From NCBI GenBank assembly GCA_965223265.1, contig OZ244999.1:128001-192000 (forward strand): DNA of 64,000 nt, given 5' to 3'. Source of the stretch: Planctomycetota bacterium. Lineage in GTDB: Bacteria > Planctomycetota > UBA8108 > SXIK01. A program made the translations under genes and the position numbers. The notes beneath the pieces were generated by a model. It saw only the letters and a program-made list of their open reading frames with translations, did no database searches and was not told the DNA's origin. Shown piece by piece: positions 62,222-64,000 of this stretch (its first letter is position 1; each line of letters begins with the position of its first letter).

Positions 62222-63367
62222 TCACGTTCCCTTGTACGTCAACAGTGGTCGAAGCCTCCGCACAGCACGCGTGAGCTCGCGCTGAGCGCGCATCACTTTC
62301 TCGATGTCCTTGTAACTGGCTGGCGCTTCCTCCCGCAGCGCCTTCCCGATTCGGTGGTCGAACCAAACACCGCGCATTTGACGTTCTAGATCCGTCGCGC
62401 CGATGGTTCGTCGTGCGTCTGAGCGGCTTAGCTGTCGTCCAGCGCCATGCGAACTCGAAGCGAGGGCTTCGGGACAGCCGCGCCCCTGAACGTGAAAGCT
62501 TGTCGTCCCCATTGATCCCGGAATGATGCCGATCTCGCCTGCTTGAGCGGAGAGCGCTCCCTTTCTGTGCACCCAAAGGTCAGAACCGAAGTGGCGTTCT
62601 CGCTGAACGTGATTGTGATCGCAAGCGATGCGCGACGAAGGGTTGGCGCTCGCTCCGAATAGCTCTCGAACGAGGAGGGTCGCGGCTTCGAGCATACGCT
62701 CACGGTTCGCTGCAGCGTATGCTCGCGCCCACTCGACGTCCCCAAGGTACGCCTGACCCTCGGTTCCCTGCGCATCGAGATGTCGTAGACCGACGGAGTC
62801 CTGCGTTGCGTATTCGAGATGATGCCCGGTGATCGCCTGCCCTACGGCGCGCGAGCCACTGTGGACCATGACCCACAGAGCGTCTTGTTCGTCTGCTTGG
62901 AACTCGAGGAAGTGGTTTCCGCGTCCCAGAGTGCCGAACTGTACGCGCCCGTCGCGATGCTTGAGTCGTTCGAGCCTCTTGTGACTCAGCGGAGCTTCAA
63001 CGAGTGCGGCTGGCAGGCACGCCGGTGCGGTCGAGCCTGAATGTCGACGAGCCGGGACAAGGACGCGGAGGGCATGAAGGATCTGTGCCGCCATGCGTTC
63101 GTTTCGGATGACGTCAGCGCTGCAATTGAACTCGAGAGCGGCCATGCCACAGCCGATGTCGCCCCCGACGGCGTGTGGCAGGAGCCTCGATGAAGTGGCA
63201 ACGACGGCGCCTACGCACACCTCTTCGCACAAGTGCACGTCGGGCATGACTGCAACGCGCTCAACGATCTCAGAGCGCGCGAGTCGATTCAGCGCGCCGA
63301 CGACATCATCGGTTAACGGGGCTGGGAGCCAGGAGTGCAACTTGCGACCGGAGAGTAGACGCGTCAT
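62222..63367 (-). CDS. rtcB: RtcB RNA ligase
   Basis: MPDVH, VGGDIGCG, GTLGRGNHFLE, HSGSR, HNH, HRKGA, PGSMG, SHGAGR, EAPASYKD. Confidence 0.95.
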   Translation of the reverse strand: MTRLLSGRKLHSWLPAPLTDDVVGALNRLARSEIVERVAVMPDVHLCEEVCVGAVVATSSRLLPHAVGGDIGCGMAALEFNCSADVIRNERMAAQILHALRVLVPARRHSGSTAPACLPAALVEAPLSHKRLERLKHRDGRVQFGTLGRGNHFLEFQADEQDALWVMVHSGSRAVGQAITGHHLEYATQDSVGLRHLDAQGTEGQAYLGDVEWARAYAAANRERMLEAATLLVRELFGASANPSSRIACDHNHVQRERHFGSDLWVHRKGALSAQAGEIGIIPGSMGTTSFHVQGRGCPEALASSSHGAGRQLSRSDARRTIGATDLERQMRGVWFDHRIGKALREEAPASYKDIEKVMRAQRELTRAVRRLRPLLTYKGT

Positions 63368-63783
63368 GGTTTCACCTCCGCTGCGGCGCAGTACTCGAAG
63401 CAGAGAAGGGGTGCGCGCTTTCTGTGAATAGCGTTCGCTACTTCGGCACGTAGGCGCACTGAAATCGATTCGAGGACGCTGAGGACGTCACGCGATGCAA
63501 GTGAGGCAGACGGCGAAGCCGGACAGACGACGACTTTCAATCGCGACGCATCCGGCGCAGGTTCGACGCCGGCGACCTGCAGGTCGCGGAGGAGCGACTC
63601 GCGGGTTTCGGCAGCGAGGGCTAAGCCGATCGCGATTGCGGCCTGTTTGCAGAGCTGCTGTGTCTTTCGATTGTCCTTGCGATGGTATTCGTTGTGAAGA
63701 ATCTTGCGCGGATCGACCCCGTCGTCAGGGCCAACCTGGGCGCACAATGCTGCGAGTTCCTGTAGGGAGCGCTTTCTATGCAT
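63364..63783 (-). CDS. Ribosome-binding factor A-like protein (divergent paralog)
   Basis: RKTQQLCKQ, VEPAPDASRL, LRAEVANAIHRKRAPLL; stop overlaps the rtcB start (ATGA). Confidence 0.75.
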   Translation of the reverse strand: MHRKRSLQELAALCAQVGPDDGVDPRKILHNEYHRKDNRKTQQLCKQAAIAIGLALAAETRESLLRDLQVAGVEPAPDASRLKVVVCPASPSASLASRDVLSVLESISVRLRAEVANAIHRKRAPLLCFEYCAAAEVKP

Positions 63784-64000
63784 ACATTCCTCTCACGTCG
63801 GCGAGTTGTCTTCAGACAGCTCGCCCGAGTTTTTTCGACAGCTCCCGTATCGACGGTGACACGTGGAGCATGGGCGTGAGAGCCTGCCCGAACACTCGGG
63901 AGATTCTCCGGAGAGGATACAGTGCAATCTCGTCTCGAAGCTGCGGGCGCAGGCTACGGCGAGACGGCAGTCCCTGGACCCGTCCGGGCCAGGCTCGACG

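Overview
High-GC bacterial DNA, most likely from a planctomycete (inferred from PSCyt/DUF1549/DUF1553 and DUF1501 genes). The main structure is a ~45 kb integrated island (12671-57672) that splits a secreted cytochrome-c/DUF1549/DUF1553 gene inside its DFFEK codons. The signal-peptide 5' end lies at 57770-57657 and the other ~1100 codons at 12685-9383. The 16-bp core CTTCTCGAAGAAGTCC occurs three times (12671, 30029, 57657), so the island is a tandem pair of related tyrosine-recombinase elements that share conserved left and right ends. Element A (~17.4 kb) has a truncated HNH-integrase fusion and sigma54-linked nitrogen and heat-shock cargo: GSIII, Hsp20, GroES/EL, a methyltransferase-ATP-grasp fusion and PtsP. 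Element B (~27.6 kb) has an intact integrase, an atypical Clp ATPase, a GT4/GH130/GH5 cluster and a cold-adaptation set: three desaturases, a DEAD-box helicase and an RRM protein. Flanking host genes encode an esterase, SDR, KdgK-like kinase, Uma2, deacylase, phosphoesterase, DUF1501, PhyH-like dioxygenase, sialidase, PL10 lyase, RtcB and an RbfA-like protein. No rRNA, tRNA or CRISPR array was seen. All calls come from reading motifs by eye; no database search was run.
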